Source: Octopus sinensis | Taxonomy: Eukaryota | Direction: 5' to 3' | NCBI RefSeq assembly: GCF_006345805.1 | Contig: NC_043012.1 | Span: 57,722,001-57,786,000 of the forward strand | Length of the DNA stretch: 64,000 bases | Part shown: piece after piece, positions 26,457-40,643 of the stretch | How positions within the stretch are numbered: position 1 is the first letter of the stretch | Layout: the number at the start of each line of letters is the position of its first letter | Notes under the pieces: generated by a model | What the model saw: the letters and a program-made list of their open reading frames with translations, nothing else | Told to the model about the DNA's origin: nothing | Databases searched by the model: none | Made by a program: the position numbers and the translations under genes

Positions 26457-26867
26457 TATATATATATATGCTCATTGGGATAATCATATTAAAAGGGTCC
26501 GTGGGAAAACTCATTTAACTAAAAGGGTTGGGAACCATTGTTCTATACTCTACAATTTCATTTCTCAGATTTAACCTAATTGTGCGACCAAATTCTTCTC
26601 TCGAATTTAAATCTAATAATTACAACCCCCAACGTTGATTGTAGATTAATCGCAATGTGAAATTTCTACAAGAAGCTCACTTTGCCGTTCATTCTTTCGG
26701 GGTCAATATACTAAGTGCCATTTGGAATCGAACCATGGAATCTTTTGAATGCTGGCTGCTTTAGTTGTAACTTGACGAATAAATAAAAAAATAAGTCATC
26801 AAAGTATTTCAAAACTTTTAACTCAACACAATATGCGGTTTGTGCAAACCCTGCGAAAACTACTGTT

Positions 26868-27270
26868 TACTCTCTCTTTTACTTGTTTCAGTCATTTGAC
26901 TGTGGCCATGCTGGAGCACCGCCTATAGTCGAGCAAATCGACCCCAGGACTTATTCTTTGTAAGCCTAGTACATATTCTATCAGTCTCTTTCGCCGAACC
27001 GCTAAGTTACGGGGACGTAAACACACCAGCATCGGTTGTCAAGCAATGCTAGGGGGACAAACACAGACACACAAACACACACACACACTCATACATATAC
27101 ATATATACAACGGGCTTCTTTCATTTTCCGTCTACAAAATCCACTCACAAGGCTTTGGTCAGCCCGAGGCTATAGTAGAAGACATTTGTCGAAGGTGGCA
27201 CGCAGTGGGACTGAACCCGGAACCATGTGGCTGGTAAGCAAGCTACTTACCACACAACCACTCCTGCGCC
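26868..27270 (-). mobile_element. SINE family A, full length
   Basis: Reverse complement of the family A consensus. Confidence 0.92.
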
Positions 27271-27699
27271 TATTTAGTTTTCCTTCGTTAGTTTTCAGAG
27301 ACCGTTCCTGTTTTAACAAACGAATGATATATACATTTGTTTTTCACAGAATTCAACTTGTAAAATATTCTTTAAAACATCATGGTTCTTTTACTACAAA
27401 CCTTTTGTAAGCGTAATCATATTTAGCACCAGCTTTGAATCCAATTCTGCTTACTTGCATATGCACAAGATATCTACTGAGCCTATTGCGTCTAATTTAC
27501 TCTTAAACAGAGACGTGGGAACATACACACACAAGAAATATAATATTTTCGATCTCGGTAAGAACCTATTTATCATTCTCCTTTCCAGTATCTCCAAAAA
27601 GAGATGGAAGACTGTCGCAAACAATTACAATTGACATTACCTTAATTCTAAATTGCCGATAGTGTGTATTTGGAAAGTCAGTTTAGCTGGAAACAAGAC

Positions 27700-27965
27700 A
27701 GCTCGGACCTCTTAATGTGGAGAAATTTAGAAAATAGAAGAAAAGTGTTACCATTGACATGAGTAAAAACCTTGAACGAATCTGACAAGACGGAAATGTC
27801 GGTAAAGTGATCAGCTTGCAGTTCTCTTCAGCCTAATCTGAATCTTCGTAGTGGATGTTTTCTTATAAATTGCTGTCCTTATAAATCACCATTCCAGCAT
27901 CGTATTAACTCAGTGGATGCAAGTGTTCAGTGATTTTGCTGAAATCTCACTAACTCTCACTCAAC
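27700..27965 (+). pseudogene. Highly decayed non-LTR reverse-transcriptase relic (CR1/Jockey-like)
   Basis: Fragmentary translations TIDMSKNLERI*QDG (compare LDISKAFDRVWHDG) and DFAEISL (compare FADDSTL). Confidence 0.3.
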
Positions 27966-28501
27966 ATAGACAAAATTCTCTTCCTCTCTACAACCAAATA
28001 AAATTTGAGCTCTTTACAGTAGCTACGAATTTAAAAATTACGAATGTTCATTAAACTAATGCATTACTTGGATATCTGAAAGTGCTGTACTCAATAAACT
28101 CACCATTGATGGAGCATTGACGTAGCAGATGATTTGCTAGAAATAACAGTCGCAATTTCCTCTAGTCACAACCTACTCAGGAAGTAAGAACGGTGGAAGC
28201 TTTCATGGCCATGGTTGAAACGTGTCAGGGAGAGAGACAGTTGGAACCAGGTCAATGATATGTGAGTTTAATGAGAACTAAAATAAAGTTGAACCAACGG
28301 CGGCACCAACAGTAACAACAACAATAACAACCAGCATAATTGAAGACATCTATCATATGAGCAAAACTTAGGATATGAGCGCATGCGTGAATGTGTCATT
28401 AAAAAGTTTAACTAGCAAATCTATACACACACACACATCTACACACATATATATGTGCATACACACACATACATATATACATACACACTGTATACATACA
28501 C

Positions 28502-28576
<75 letters not shown>

Positions 28577-28814
28577 ATAATAAATATTAGGGAATAAATC
28601 CAAAATTACAGGGAAAAATCAGATGTAGGATTAAATCCAATTTTATAGTAAAATATTATATAATATAATTCGAGACAAAACCACTAATTTGCAAATCAAA
28701 CAAGGAAAGACTTAATCAATACATAAAAAAAAATATATAAAGTAAATAAATCGCCACTACAATTGTTTCATGTCTTTCCTTGTTTGATTTGCAAAATAGT
28801 GGTTTTGTCTCGAA

Positions 28815-28856
<42 letters not shown>

Positions 28857-29565
28857 GTAAATATATATATACATATGTGTATATGTGTATATATATAATA
28901 AATACACACACACACGCACATAAAAATAAACATTGGATTCAGTAATCAATGTAAGTGTATGTGTTATTTTGTCTGCCGTTACGTTCTGAGTTCAAATTCC
29001 GCCAAGGTCGACTTTGCTTCCATCCTTTCGGGGTCGATTAAATAAGTGCCATTTGCGCTCTGAGGTCGATCTAATCGACTTCATCCCTTTGTTTGTCCAC
29101 TCTATGTTTAGCCCCTTGAGGGCAATAAAGAAACAAATATAAGTGTGTGCGTATGTTTGCATGTGAGTGTGTACATCGGTGAAATAGTTACAGAAACGTG
29201 TGAGAAAAAGCAAAACAAAAGCACAAGCGCGTTTGTTGAACATTAGAAATGTCGAACATTAGGTATATCTCCTTAGTCTTACAGATATGCCATTTCCAAT
29301 TCCGTTGTTGGGCAAATGTATTGTATGGAAATCTATGAGAAAGCCCGCCATTTCTATTTTTGAATATCTAGGCGCTGGCATGGCTGTGCGATTAAGAGAC
29401 TATCTTTGGAAGCACGTGGTTTCAGGTTGAGTCACACCGTGTGATCCATTAGACCATTGTCTTATATAGAGAGGACACTTCTACTACAGCCGACGAGTAC
29501 CTTGAGAGTGAATTTGGCAGATGGAAACTGTGCAGACACCCATTCCATATATATCTGTCTCTCTG

Positions 29566-29630
<65 letters not shown>

Positions 29631-29662
29631 TTCCATACATCCATCCTTCCATCCATCGATCC

Positions 29663-29739
<77 letters not shown>

Positions 29740-29793
29740 CCTGTCTGTCTGCTTGCCTCTCTATCTATCTATCCATCCATCCATTTATCTACA

Positions 29794-30717
29794 GATACGG
29801 CTCGAGAAACACGGGGCCGACCTCCCCGAGATGCGGTCAGAGCGACGAAACCGTTCTGCACGCACTCGTGCAGTGTCCAACAATTTCCGACCTGTGGGCT
29901 TATGTCGAACAACTACTGTCACGTGTGGGACGAGTCGGTTTATCAGCTGAGTCTATCGTCAATATTGTCACGCCTCCTTCCTTCAAACGGGAAGGAAGAG
30001 CTATTTTCATCATCCTTGTGGCTATGGCGAAAGAATGTATCTGGTGGACGCGTCTGAAAGGATTGAGACAAACACTTCCCTTGGTCAATCTCTCATCAAC
30101 TTCTTCAAGTATCAATTGAAAGGAAAGTGAGAGTAGAAGAGGCAAGTTTTGTCTAGCGAAGTTTTAAAAAAAAGATGGGTGATGTGGCAGGATGGCACGT
30201 ATGAATGACGAAGCCACCTTGAGCATAATCCTATGAACCCAGAAATTGAAAACAGAGGGTTACCCACTTGCAAACCAATGTGTGGTAACATATAACAATA
30301 TTGACCAAGGTTACCCGTGTTCTTTTTCGTAGGCTTTTCTTCCCAGGGATAAACCTTACTTGCTTTCCCCTTCACAACATATATCATAAAACTGTGATAC
30401 ACGATCCCTATTGATCGTTTTTTTCCTCTTCCCCTTTTTTTCCCCTTTTTTCTTCTTTTTCATTTCTCTTTTCTTTTGTTCCTTTTCCTTTTCTTTTTTT
30501 TCCTTTTCTTTTTTTTCCTTTTCTTTTTTTTAATTTTTAAAAAATCTATTTTTTTTGTTCTTTTCTTCCCTTTTACGATCCCTCTTGATCGAAAACCTAC
30601 GCCACCCCTTTTTTTTTCTCTTTTGTTTTTTTTTGTTTTTTTTTCATCCCCCAAAAGAAAAGCTCTACCTTGTAACTTGTCCCATCTGTGTGCAGCCCTG
30701 TGTGGCCAATAAAGAAA
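29794..30717 (+). mobile_element. 3' end of a Tx1/L1-type LINE (ORF2 zinc finger plus 3' UTR), 5'-truncated
   Basis: Translation (S)[24 protein letters not shown]...AKECIWWTR matches the CX2CX7HX4C C-terminus of L1/Tx1 ORF2; pyrimidine-rich UTR ending aataaagaaa; follows a (TCTA)n tract between a family A head (29371) and tail (30770-30930). Confidence 0.8.
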
Positions 30718-32349
30718 CCTATGTACGTTCATTTCTATAGCTCTGTATTTACATTTATTCAGCTGCTGCTTGACGACCGGTGTTATTTTGCTTACTTTCC
30801 CGTAACTTAGCGGTTCAGTATAAGAAACCGATGAAATAAGTACTAGATTTAAAAAAAAAAAATACTGTTGTCGAAGCCTTCCATTTAACTCTTCAACCCG
30901 GTGATCCAGCACGGCCTGCCGTCCGATGACAGAGATATTTGCTATGAATATATTAAATCAAGCAAAACGTTTGAGCGTACAGTTGTCTGCCCTTTATCGT
31001 CTGTCACACAATGATGTCTGCAGTTCTGCCTGTGCCAACCCCTACGTCTAAACATTACTGTATATGAAGCATGAACACGCGTGAAAAACACAGAAGTTTG
31101 CACCATTCGTACACATTCTTACTGACGATTGAACCTCACTAACGAACCCGCTTAGCATTGTTTTAATGTTTGCAGTTGTCATCGATATTTAGCCCCAGGC
31201 TGGTTTTAATCAAACAGACCTATGATTAAAAGCTTCCCAGCTGTGAACATTTTCACTTTTTCTTCTTCAGTTACAATGTACTCAAGAGTCGTATTCACTA
31301 ACGTAAACTTCTTTTCTAAAAATGAAGACGTGTGATTCAAGCGAGATATGACTGCGGTTTCTAGTAGGCTGGGTCCAGCTTTAAAAGTTTCTGCCATTAT
31401 CTTGCCGCAAAAACCAACGTGTAATTGTGCAGTTATCTTCCCCTGTTATGCTACTCTATTTTCTACTGTTTTTCTTATGCTAATCCTCTAGATTTAAATC
31501 TTCGTAAAATACTGTACATTTTATGAAAATAGTTGTCATTATCGTAATTTAATTCTCGACTCCTAATACCTATTCTAACGAATCTGTGTAACCTTAATAC
31601 ACAGAAATAACTACTTTAAACATTTAATCGACCTCGACTCTCTTCCGTCTGTCCCACGTTAAACAACACTAGATCTCTAGATAAAGTCAAATCGTTACCG
31701 TTCATTCATTCGCCTGTTTGAGAAGAGGATGAGATATTTTCAGAAACCCAGCCAACGAAGTTATGTTCATATCGCTGTAACTTTAGCAGCGATAGTATAG
31801 ATCTCTTGTGTTATTTCTACTGCGCCGAACAGAGAGACAACTTTATCGTATTTTCAATCAACTGGAAATACGAGACAGTTAATATTTTCTTGTCTATCAA
31901 AGATTACCCCTGTGGGATGGCGGTAATATGTCAATCAAGAACGCTACATTTAAGAGTGTTTCTGTGTTTGTGTGCGCGTGTGTGTATGCGCATGAGTTTG
32001 TGTGTGTGTGCGTGTGTGAGGACTGTGTGTATGTGTATGTGTGTATGAGGACTGTGTATGCGCGTATGTTTGCATGCACATACATGTTTGTGAACATATG
32101 GGTATATATATATATATATGTACAGAAGATCTATAGAAAATATAGAATATGCGTGAGTGTGCTTGTGTGTGCGGGTGTGTGTGTGTGTTTATGAGTGTGT
32201 ACATGATATATATATATATACATATGTATGTATATGTATATATCTATATCTGTATTTATGCATACATATGTATATATATATATATGCGGTGCTCCAGCAA
32301 GGCCGCAATCAGATGACTGAAACAAATAAAAGAATAAAAAGAATATATA

Positions 32350-32820
32350 CAGGTGTCTCAAAAGTCACCGAAGGGATACAATTTTTAATAACGTCTTTAA
32401 CTTTACAAATAAATGTATGAAATTTTGATACAATATAAAGGATACAATGGAAATTGATATGTACGAGTCAAGTTTTGTAGCACCACCATATCACATATGA
32501 AATATGACATCGCTTTAATGGCAGCCATTTTTGACTTCGTACGCTCGTGCTCTTCCCAAAACTTGCACCCTAACACCTTCAAGAGTTTCAGACCCCACTT
32601 CTCTGATTTCTCTACTGATATTCTCCTTCAGTTGCACCAGTGTCTCCGGTTTGTTGATGTAAACCCACTCTTTCAGGTATCCCCACAAGAAAATATCCGG
32701 GCTAGTCAAGTCTGGGAAACGTGGAGACCATTTAAAGTAGACCTCACACATGGTTCCAGCAAAATGGGGAAACTTCTCATACCGCAAGAGAAACAATGTA
32801 ACAAATTTTGGAATTAATAC
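32350..32820 (-). mobile_element. Tc1/mariner transposon relic (transposase C-terminus and one terminus)
   Basis: ORF 32515-32835 contains WSPRFPDLTSPDIFLWGYLKEWVY (WPPRSPDL..DFFLWGYLK motif); terminus TA|CAGGTGTCTCAAAAGTCAC. Confidence 0.85.
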
Positions 32821-33355
32821 TGTTACAATCACCAATGGTTATATTAAAAATAAGTCTGCCGGTTAATTGATTGATCATTTTTTGATAAGCTTCCCAACCA
32901 CGTATCCTAATGGCTAGAAACTATCATAAGTCTTAACACAGTGTACATGAAATGGTTTGTATAGACAAACACACACACATGCACCCTTCCACACACATAT
33001 ACATATAAAATATTGTAGATAGATTATCGCTTATGCAACTTATCAGGACATATATCTTGGTTGAAAATACCAATCCGCAGGGCAATTTTTTTTTGTTTTT
33101 GACACTGTTTGTAGCATCAGATTTTAGTACGAAATCGCAAATACGACGAAACTGCTTGCTTCTCAATTATTATGTTTATTATTATTAAGGCGGTGAATTG
33201 GCAGAATTACGTTCTGAGTTCAAATACCACCGAGGTCGACTTTGCCTTTCATCCATTCGTGATCGATAAAACAAGTACCAGTTAGACACTGGAGTCGATG
33301 TAATCTACTCATCCCCTTTCCCAAAACTGCTGCCTTTGTGGCAAAATTTGAAACC

Positions 33356-33386
<31 letters not shown>

Positions 33387-33396
33387 TAATAATAAC

Positions 33397-33505
<109 letters not shown>

Positions 33506-33716
33506 GACAGAGAGCTAGTAGGATCGGTAGCATGCCGGGCAAAATGCTTAGCGGTACAACTTATATCTCCACGGTCTGAGTCCAAATTCCGCCGAGGTCG
33601 ACTTTACATTTCATCCCGTCGGGATCGATATATTAAGTACCGTGAAACACTAGGGTTGAAGTATTCGACTAGTCATCTGCCTACAAATTTCAGGCCTCGT
33701 GACTATAGCAGAAAGG

Positions 33717-33792
<76 letters not shown>

Positions 33793-33821
33793 GTATTAGT
33801 AGTATTATTTATTTTAGTTAT

Positions 33822-33859
<38 letters not shown>

Positions 33860-33874
33860 ATAGTAGTAGTACTG

Positions 33875-34491
33875 AGGCGGCTTGCTGGCAGAAACGTTAG
33901 CACGACGGGCGAAATGCTTAGCGGTATTTCGTCGGCCGCTACATGCTGAATTCAAATTCCGCCGAGGTCGACTTTGCCTTTCATCCTTTCGGGGTCGATA
34001 AATTAAGTACCAGTTACGCAATGGGGTCGATGTAATCGACTTAATCCGTCTGTCTGTCCTTGTTTGTTCCCTCTGTGTTTAGCCCCTTGTGGGTAGTAAA
34101 GAAATAGGTATTTCGTCTGCTGCTACGTTCTGAGTTCAAATTCTGCCGAGGTCGACTTTGCCTTTCATCCTTTCGGGGTCGATAAAATAAGTACCAGTTA
34201 CGCACTGGGGTCGATGTAATCGACTTAATCGCTTTCTCTGTCCTTGTTTGTCTCCTCTGTGTTTAACCCCTTGTGGATAGTAAAGAAATAGGTATTTTGT
34301 CTGCCCTTACGTTCTGAGTTCAAATTCTGCCGAGGTCGAGTTTGCTTTTCATCCTTTCGGGGTCTATTAAATAAGTATCAGTTACGCACTGGGGTCGATG
34401 TAATCGACTTAACCCGTTTGTCAGTCCGTGTTTGTCTTCTCTGTGTTTAGCCCCTTGTTGGTAGTAAAGAAATAGGTATTTCGTCTGCCGC
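33875..34491 (+). mobile_element. SINE family B trimer plus start of a fourth unit (184-bp period)
   Basis: ggtattt unit starts at 33923, 34107, 34291 and 34475. Confidence 0.92.
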
Positions 34492-35363
34492 TCTTTGGCG
34501 GGACCATAGCTTACATTTATACAACTGGTCTTTAGATAGGCAAATAATCATGATCTTGATATCGAACACTCCATTGTGTGTCACTAATTCAAGCTGTGGA
34601 CGACAAGGGAATGAGACGTTCTGGCGCTGTTTATCTGGCTTCGCCGTTTCGACGATCACTTATTTGACATTAGACGTTCGAATAATTATCTCGTTCTCTC
34701 TCTCTCTCCACCCCTCTCTGTGTATGTGCGTGAACACTTAAGTATATTTGCATATATGTGTAGTGTCTCCCTTTCTTTTTCTCTCTTATTTTCGCTATAT
34801 ACATGCTTCCACTTTTGGGCGTGCGGTGTATGTGTGTGTATGTACGTGTGTGTAAGTTTACACTAGTAAAATGTCGCCGAAACAAGTTGAATTAGGCGCA
34901 GTCAACCGTGCCAAAACAACCGCCTAAAACGCTGCGACCAATTATCTCATTCCGTTGGACAAATCACATATTATATTCTCATATATCCAAGTTATTTCTC
35001 CTAGAATATCAGGCGACTTATATGTGCCGTTAACTCTAGCAGACTAGCATTGGAATTTATTTAAATAATTTAATATGGGAGATATAATGTTTTATTGCTT
35101 TACAAATGGTTAGTAGCCTGTAGAGACATCCACACTGAAAAGTGGTTGGCGTATATTATACCCTGGTTTAACAGCTAAGGCTGTACCCGGTGAAAGCACC
35201 TCAGCAGACTTTATAGAATTTAGGGTGTCAGAAAAAGGCATATTACACGTGAATTGCTTTCTTACGTTCCAAATAATCCTTCTTCCATGGACCCGGCATT
35301 AAGGAAGGATCAACCCAATGGTATATACATACACACACACACACACACATATATATATACTAC

Positions 35364-35395
<32 letters not shown>

Positions 35396-35416
35396 TAATA
35401 CATACATATATATATA

Positions 35417-35448
<32 letters not shown>

Positions 35449-35788
35449 TACAAAACAAAGACATAAATGCATATTATTTATACACATGTCTACTGGAAAT
35501 CTAAAGTGATGGCCATCATGGCAAAAATATATAATTGAATAAGAGTGCCGTTATTTATTTCATGTGTCATTTAGTGTAAGTTATATAACATTTAATTAAA
35601 GAAGTGGATTTGTAGTAACTTGATATCATATTCAAATCTATCTTGCATTTTGGTAGTTTGAATTTGTCATAATCGAGAAATATTTATAATTAAGAAGTCA
35701 CACAAGTATACGTACTTACATACACTCACACCTACTCATACACCACCAAAATATACAGACTTCTATATACGTATGTATATATGTTATA

Positions 35789-36272
<484 letters not shown>

Positions 36273-38397
36273 AATATATATATATGAATGTATTGTCGGG
36301 CCTCAAGTAAAAATGGAAATGAAATACTCATACCTTTTGATATGCATCTCTGAGCGTGTAACCATATGACGGTAAAAAGCAAAATGTACCAATACATCTT
36401 GATGTCAGCAACAAAAATACGATAGTTCTCCTCAAACGTTTAGTATAGGAATATTTTACTTTTACTTGTCTTATCTTGGGTCAATGGTATTTTATAGAAC
36501 CATCCTAATGAATAAATATAGTATATCTATTAAATTAGAGATTATCTCGAGAAATGAGTCTTAGTTATTTCAAGATTTCTGAAGGTATATATATGAGAAT
36601 TAAATCTTGTCTTAAAAATAAGTTACAGTCAATTATATATGTATATATACTTCTATCCAACCATTCATAATCTTTACAAGCAAAACTCATCAGCTGTAAA
36701 ATATTTCAGAAACTCTCAATTGGGTAAGAGAAGTATAAAATACTTAAGAGAAGATTTACATAGTTAAAATAAAGAAAGAATTGTGTAGAAGCAGCCATTC
36801 AGTATCACTTCTGTTGATGTCTTCTCACTGTAATAAAATATTATATAGAACTAAAACTGGAAGTAATAATATTACTATCAAAAATCTTATGATAGCTATG
36901 GCTCTCCGGAAACTGTTTATCAGATCATTTACAGAAATATTTTGCGATGCTTCTAGCTCAAGGACTCAGTTCATTGAGCCTTATTCATCTGAGTGCTGTG
37001 AGTGCTGATAAAGCCTATTTTCCATCTAACTGTCAAATCCGAGAAGGTTTACGGGATGAAGGATGGGAGGTCCAACTCGGTGTGGAAGTCATTTAGCGAC
37101 TACATTGGACCATCAGAAAATTAGCAAAAGAATACTCCGGTATCAAGACATTGCTGTGCCCGAGAGGTGAATGTAGCATATATATGTGTGTGTTTGTGTG
37201 TGTTTGTGTGTGAGTACATAATAAATATACATATTTTTACATATGTATATATATATATAATTTTATATATCTCTGATATACTCCAGTCGTACAAGAATTC
37301 AGCATTGAGAGAGCGAGGCAAGCCATCATGCCCAGCCCCTCCTCACTGCAACCCAAGCATTTTATGCATATATATTATATAAACAAAAAAGCTATGCAAT
37401 ATACATATAGAAGTAAGCAGCCTATATATATATATATATATATATATTACTTATAAATAAGGGCAAAAGTAAATTATTTCTATGCCAATATGCTGATAAC
37501 AGACTTTTAAATCGTCAGTTTCCTCAAATTATATACCCACTACAGAAATACGTTGTTCTGAAATCGGGAAGCTAGCCAGCAGAATTAAAAAAAAAGAGTT
37601 CGTTATTTCTATATTGAATTAATTTCGGAACTAATCTCATACATTTATTTCCTCCTCAGTAGAAAATACGATAAGAAATAAATGAAATACTTACATACGC
37701 CCATGGTATATGGTCGCCGATGTCGACCTTGCCTTTCATCCTTTCGGGATCGATAAAATCAGTACCCGTTAACTACTGGGGTCGATGTAATCGACTTATT
37801 CCCTTCCCCAAAAATTTGAGGCCTTGTTCTACTAGAAAGGATTTATTAAAGTTGAAAAACTGTGACACTCTGACCTTCACATATATTATATTAGATATGT
37901 TTAATTTTGGGAAAACTTTATTTCAATTAAAATGTATTATATATATATATATGTGTGTGTGTGTGTATGTATTAAAGAAAGCAAAAAAACCCCAACAAAA
38001 ATGACAGTGTTCAGTATGTTGGCGACAGGAATTTCTATCAAAGAGAAATGGTTAAACCAAGTTGTACATCATCTCCTTCTTTCTCTCAAACACCCACTGT
38101 TTCTCTCCCTTTTATTATTACTCCCACTGCTACCATCAACACTACTACTTTTAATAAAACATTCATCAACTCTACGTAAATTTCTTTGTCTCTCTTTCTC
38201 TCCCTCTCTTTTTCTTTCACTCTTTCTCTCTGTCTTCAGCACCGCCCTCACCGTCTCTATGCCTACTATTACTCTCACCCCATCATGAGGAATAATAGGA
38301 ATGTCGTTGAAGGGTTGGAGAGAGGGATCTAAGTGTGACACATTGACACACAAATTAGTTTTCGCATTTATTATATATGTATATGTCTATATATCTG

Positions 38398-38605
38398 GAG
38401 GCACATGGCTTAGTGGTTAGAGCAGCGGAATCGCGGTCGAGTGATCGCCTAGTCGAATCTCAGACCGGGCGGTGTGTGTGTTTATGAGCGAAACACCTGA
38501 GCTCCACGCGGCTCCGGCAGAAGGTAATGGCAAACTTCTGCTGACTCTTTCGCCACAACTTTCTCTCATTCTTTCCTCCTGCATCTTGCAGCTCACCTGC
38601 GACGT
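38398..38605 (+). mobile_element. SINE family C-related, partial
   Basis: Head ggcacatggcttagtggttagagcagcgg; body gagcgaaacacctgagctccacg. Confidence 0.75.
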
Positions 38606-38683
38606 ACCGACATTCATATCTATGCATGTATATATACAAAAATATGTGTGAATGAATGAATGCATATACATACGTATATAAAT

Positions 38684-39063
38684 TCTTTTATTCTTTTACT
38701 TGTTTCAGTCATATGACTGCGGCCATGCTGGAGCACCACCTTAAAGGGTTTTTTTAGTCGGAGAAATCGCCCTCATGACTTATTCTTTGTAAGCCTAGTA
38801 CTTATTCTATGGGGCATTTTTGCCGAACAGCTAAATTACTGGGACGTAAATACACCAACATCGGTTGTCAAGCGATGACACAGATACGAAAACACATGAA
38901 TATAAAAGTACGACGGATTCTTTTAGTTTTCATCTACGAAATCCAGCCACAAGTCTTTGGTCGGTCCGAGACTCTAGTAGAAGACACTTGCCCAAGTAGC
39001 CATGCAGTAGGACTGAACCCGGAACCATGTGTTTGGGAAGCACATTACTTACCACACAGCCAC
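38684..39063 (-). mobile_element. SINE family A
   Basis: Diverged reverse-complement copy. Confidence 0.85.
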
Positions 39064-39145
39064 ACTTGCATATACACATACGTATCTATATATATACTTG
39101 CATGCATTACATATAAACACACATGCATACATACATATATATTTT

Positions 39146-39176
<31 letters not shown>

Positions 39177-39188
39177 TTATTATATATA

Positions 39189-39224
<36 letters not shown>

Positions 39225-39949
39225 CATATGTATATATGTGTGTGTGTTTATGTATGTATGTATGTATGTATATATATATATATGCAAGAAATTTCAGATA
39301 TGATTTCATATGTATATTTTTTGTATATATGCATATATATATATATATCACAGACATACACAAACACAGAAACACACTCATAAATATACCACCACTACTC
39401 TATGAACAGCTTAATACCACACAATATTATTTAGCCGAAGATGTGAAGATATCAGATTATAATTACAAATGATAATTCTATCCAAGGGCAAATCTTGGTC
39501 ACATTTTTGAGTATATGTTAAACTGACATTTACCCACAATTCCTCGCATTGCTTTCCCTTAGAATTTCCTAATGACTCTGTAATTAGAGGTTTGTTTTCG
39601 GCTTCCCAATATTTGTATTTATATATATGTTCATTCGTTCACTCGGTTCCGTTCTTTAGATTTTTGTCTTGTTTTCTGAAGATTTACCTGTTCTTTGAGT
39701 CGAGGTCATTTTTTTTGTCAATGATTTTTGCATTATAAAGGCTTTCATACGTTGTTTGTATATATATATAGATGAAGAGAGATCTTTTGATGAGTGTTTG
39801 TGTGTATGCATATGTGTATACATACATATATACATACCTGCATATATATAAATATATACACATACATGTATACATGCATCCAGACACACGCATACAGACA
39901 CACGCATACACACATATAAATGAGTAACAGTCGATCCACATATGCATGT

Positions 39950-39988
<39 letters not shown>

Positions 39989-39994
39989 GTGTAC

Positions 39995-40027
<33 letters not shown>

Positions 40028-40053
40028 CATATATATTTATATATACACATATA

Positions 40054-40107
<54 letters not shown>

Positions 40108-40568
40108 TATATGTATAATCTTTATATATATATATGCATATATGTTCGTATATAGAGATATATAGGTACATATATATTATATATGTTTGTATATATGAAT
40201 ACCACACCATACACACCACGCACACACACACACATATATATATACGTGTATGTACGCACACATGTACACGTATATGTGTACATGCATGCATGTATCTTTC
40301 TTCGTTTTACATGTCTGTATGTATTATGCATGTATGTACGTATGTGTATACATATACATATATATTGTATATGTATCTGTGTGCATACTGAAATATATAT
40401 ATACAGACATATATAATATATATATTATTATATATAATATATATATATATATATTATATATATATATATAACAACATCTTTCATACACAATACACCTAAG
40501 CATGGATGGAATTGGCATTTTACCTCGTTACAGAAGGTTAAATTGCAATGTTTTACGATGTAAATTAC

Positions 40569-40643
40569 CTGAATGTTCTGACAATAACACGATCAGCGAA
40601 ATTCAACTGCACATGTAAATTGTATGATGGCCAAAAGCTAAAT
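40569..40643 (-). other. Candidate 75-nt internal exon (5' UTR or coding: FSFWPSYNLHVQLNFADRVIVRTF)
   Basis: Acceptor ttttttgttattttcag| and donor CAG|gtaatt; length divisible by 3, open in one frame; lies in a unique island between microsatellites. Confidence 0.45.

Larger units (their letters stand above)
24506..26540. mobile_element. hAT MITE with 8-bp TSD, expanded by nested insertions
   Basis: TSD ttctatac at 24498-24505 and 26541-26548; termini aagtagtacctaacc / ggttgggaaccattg. Confidence 0.8.
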
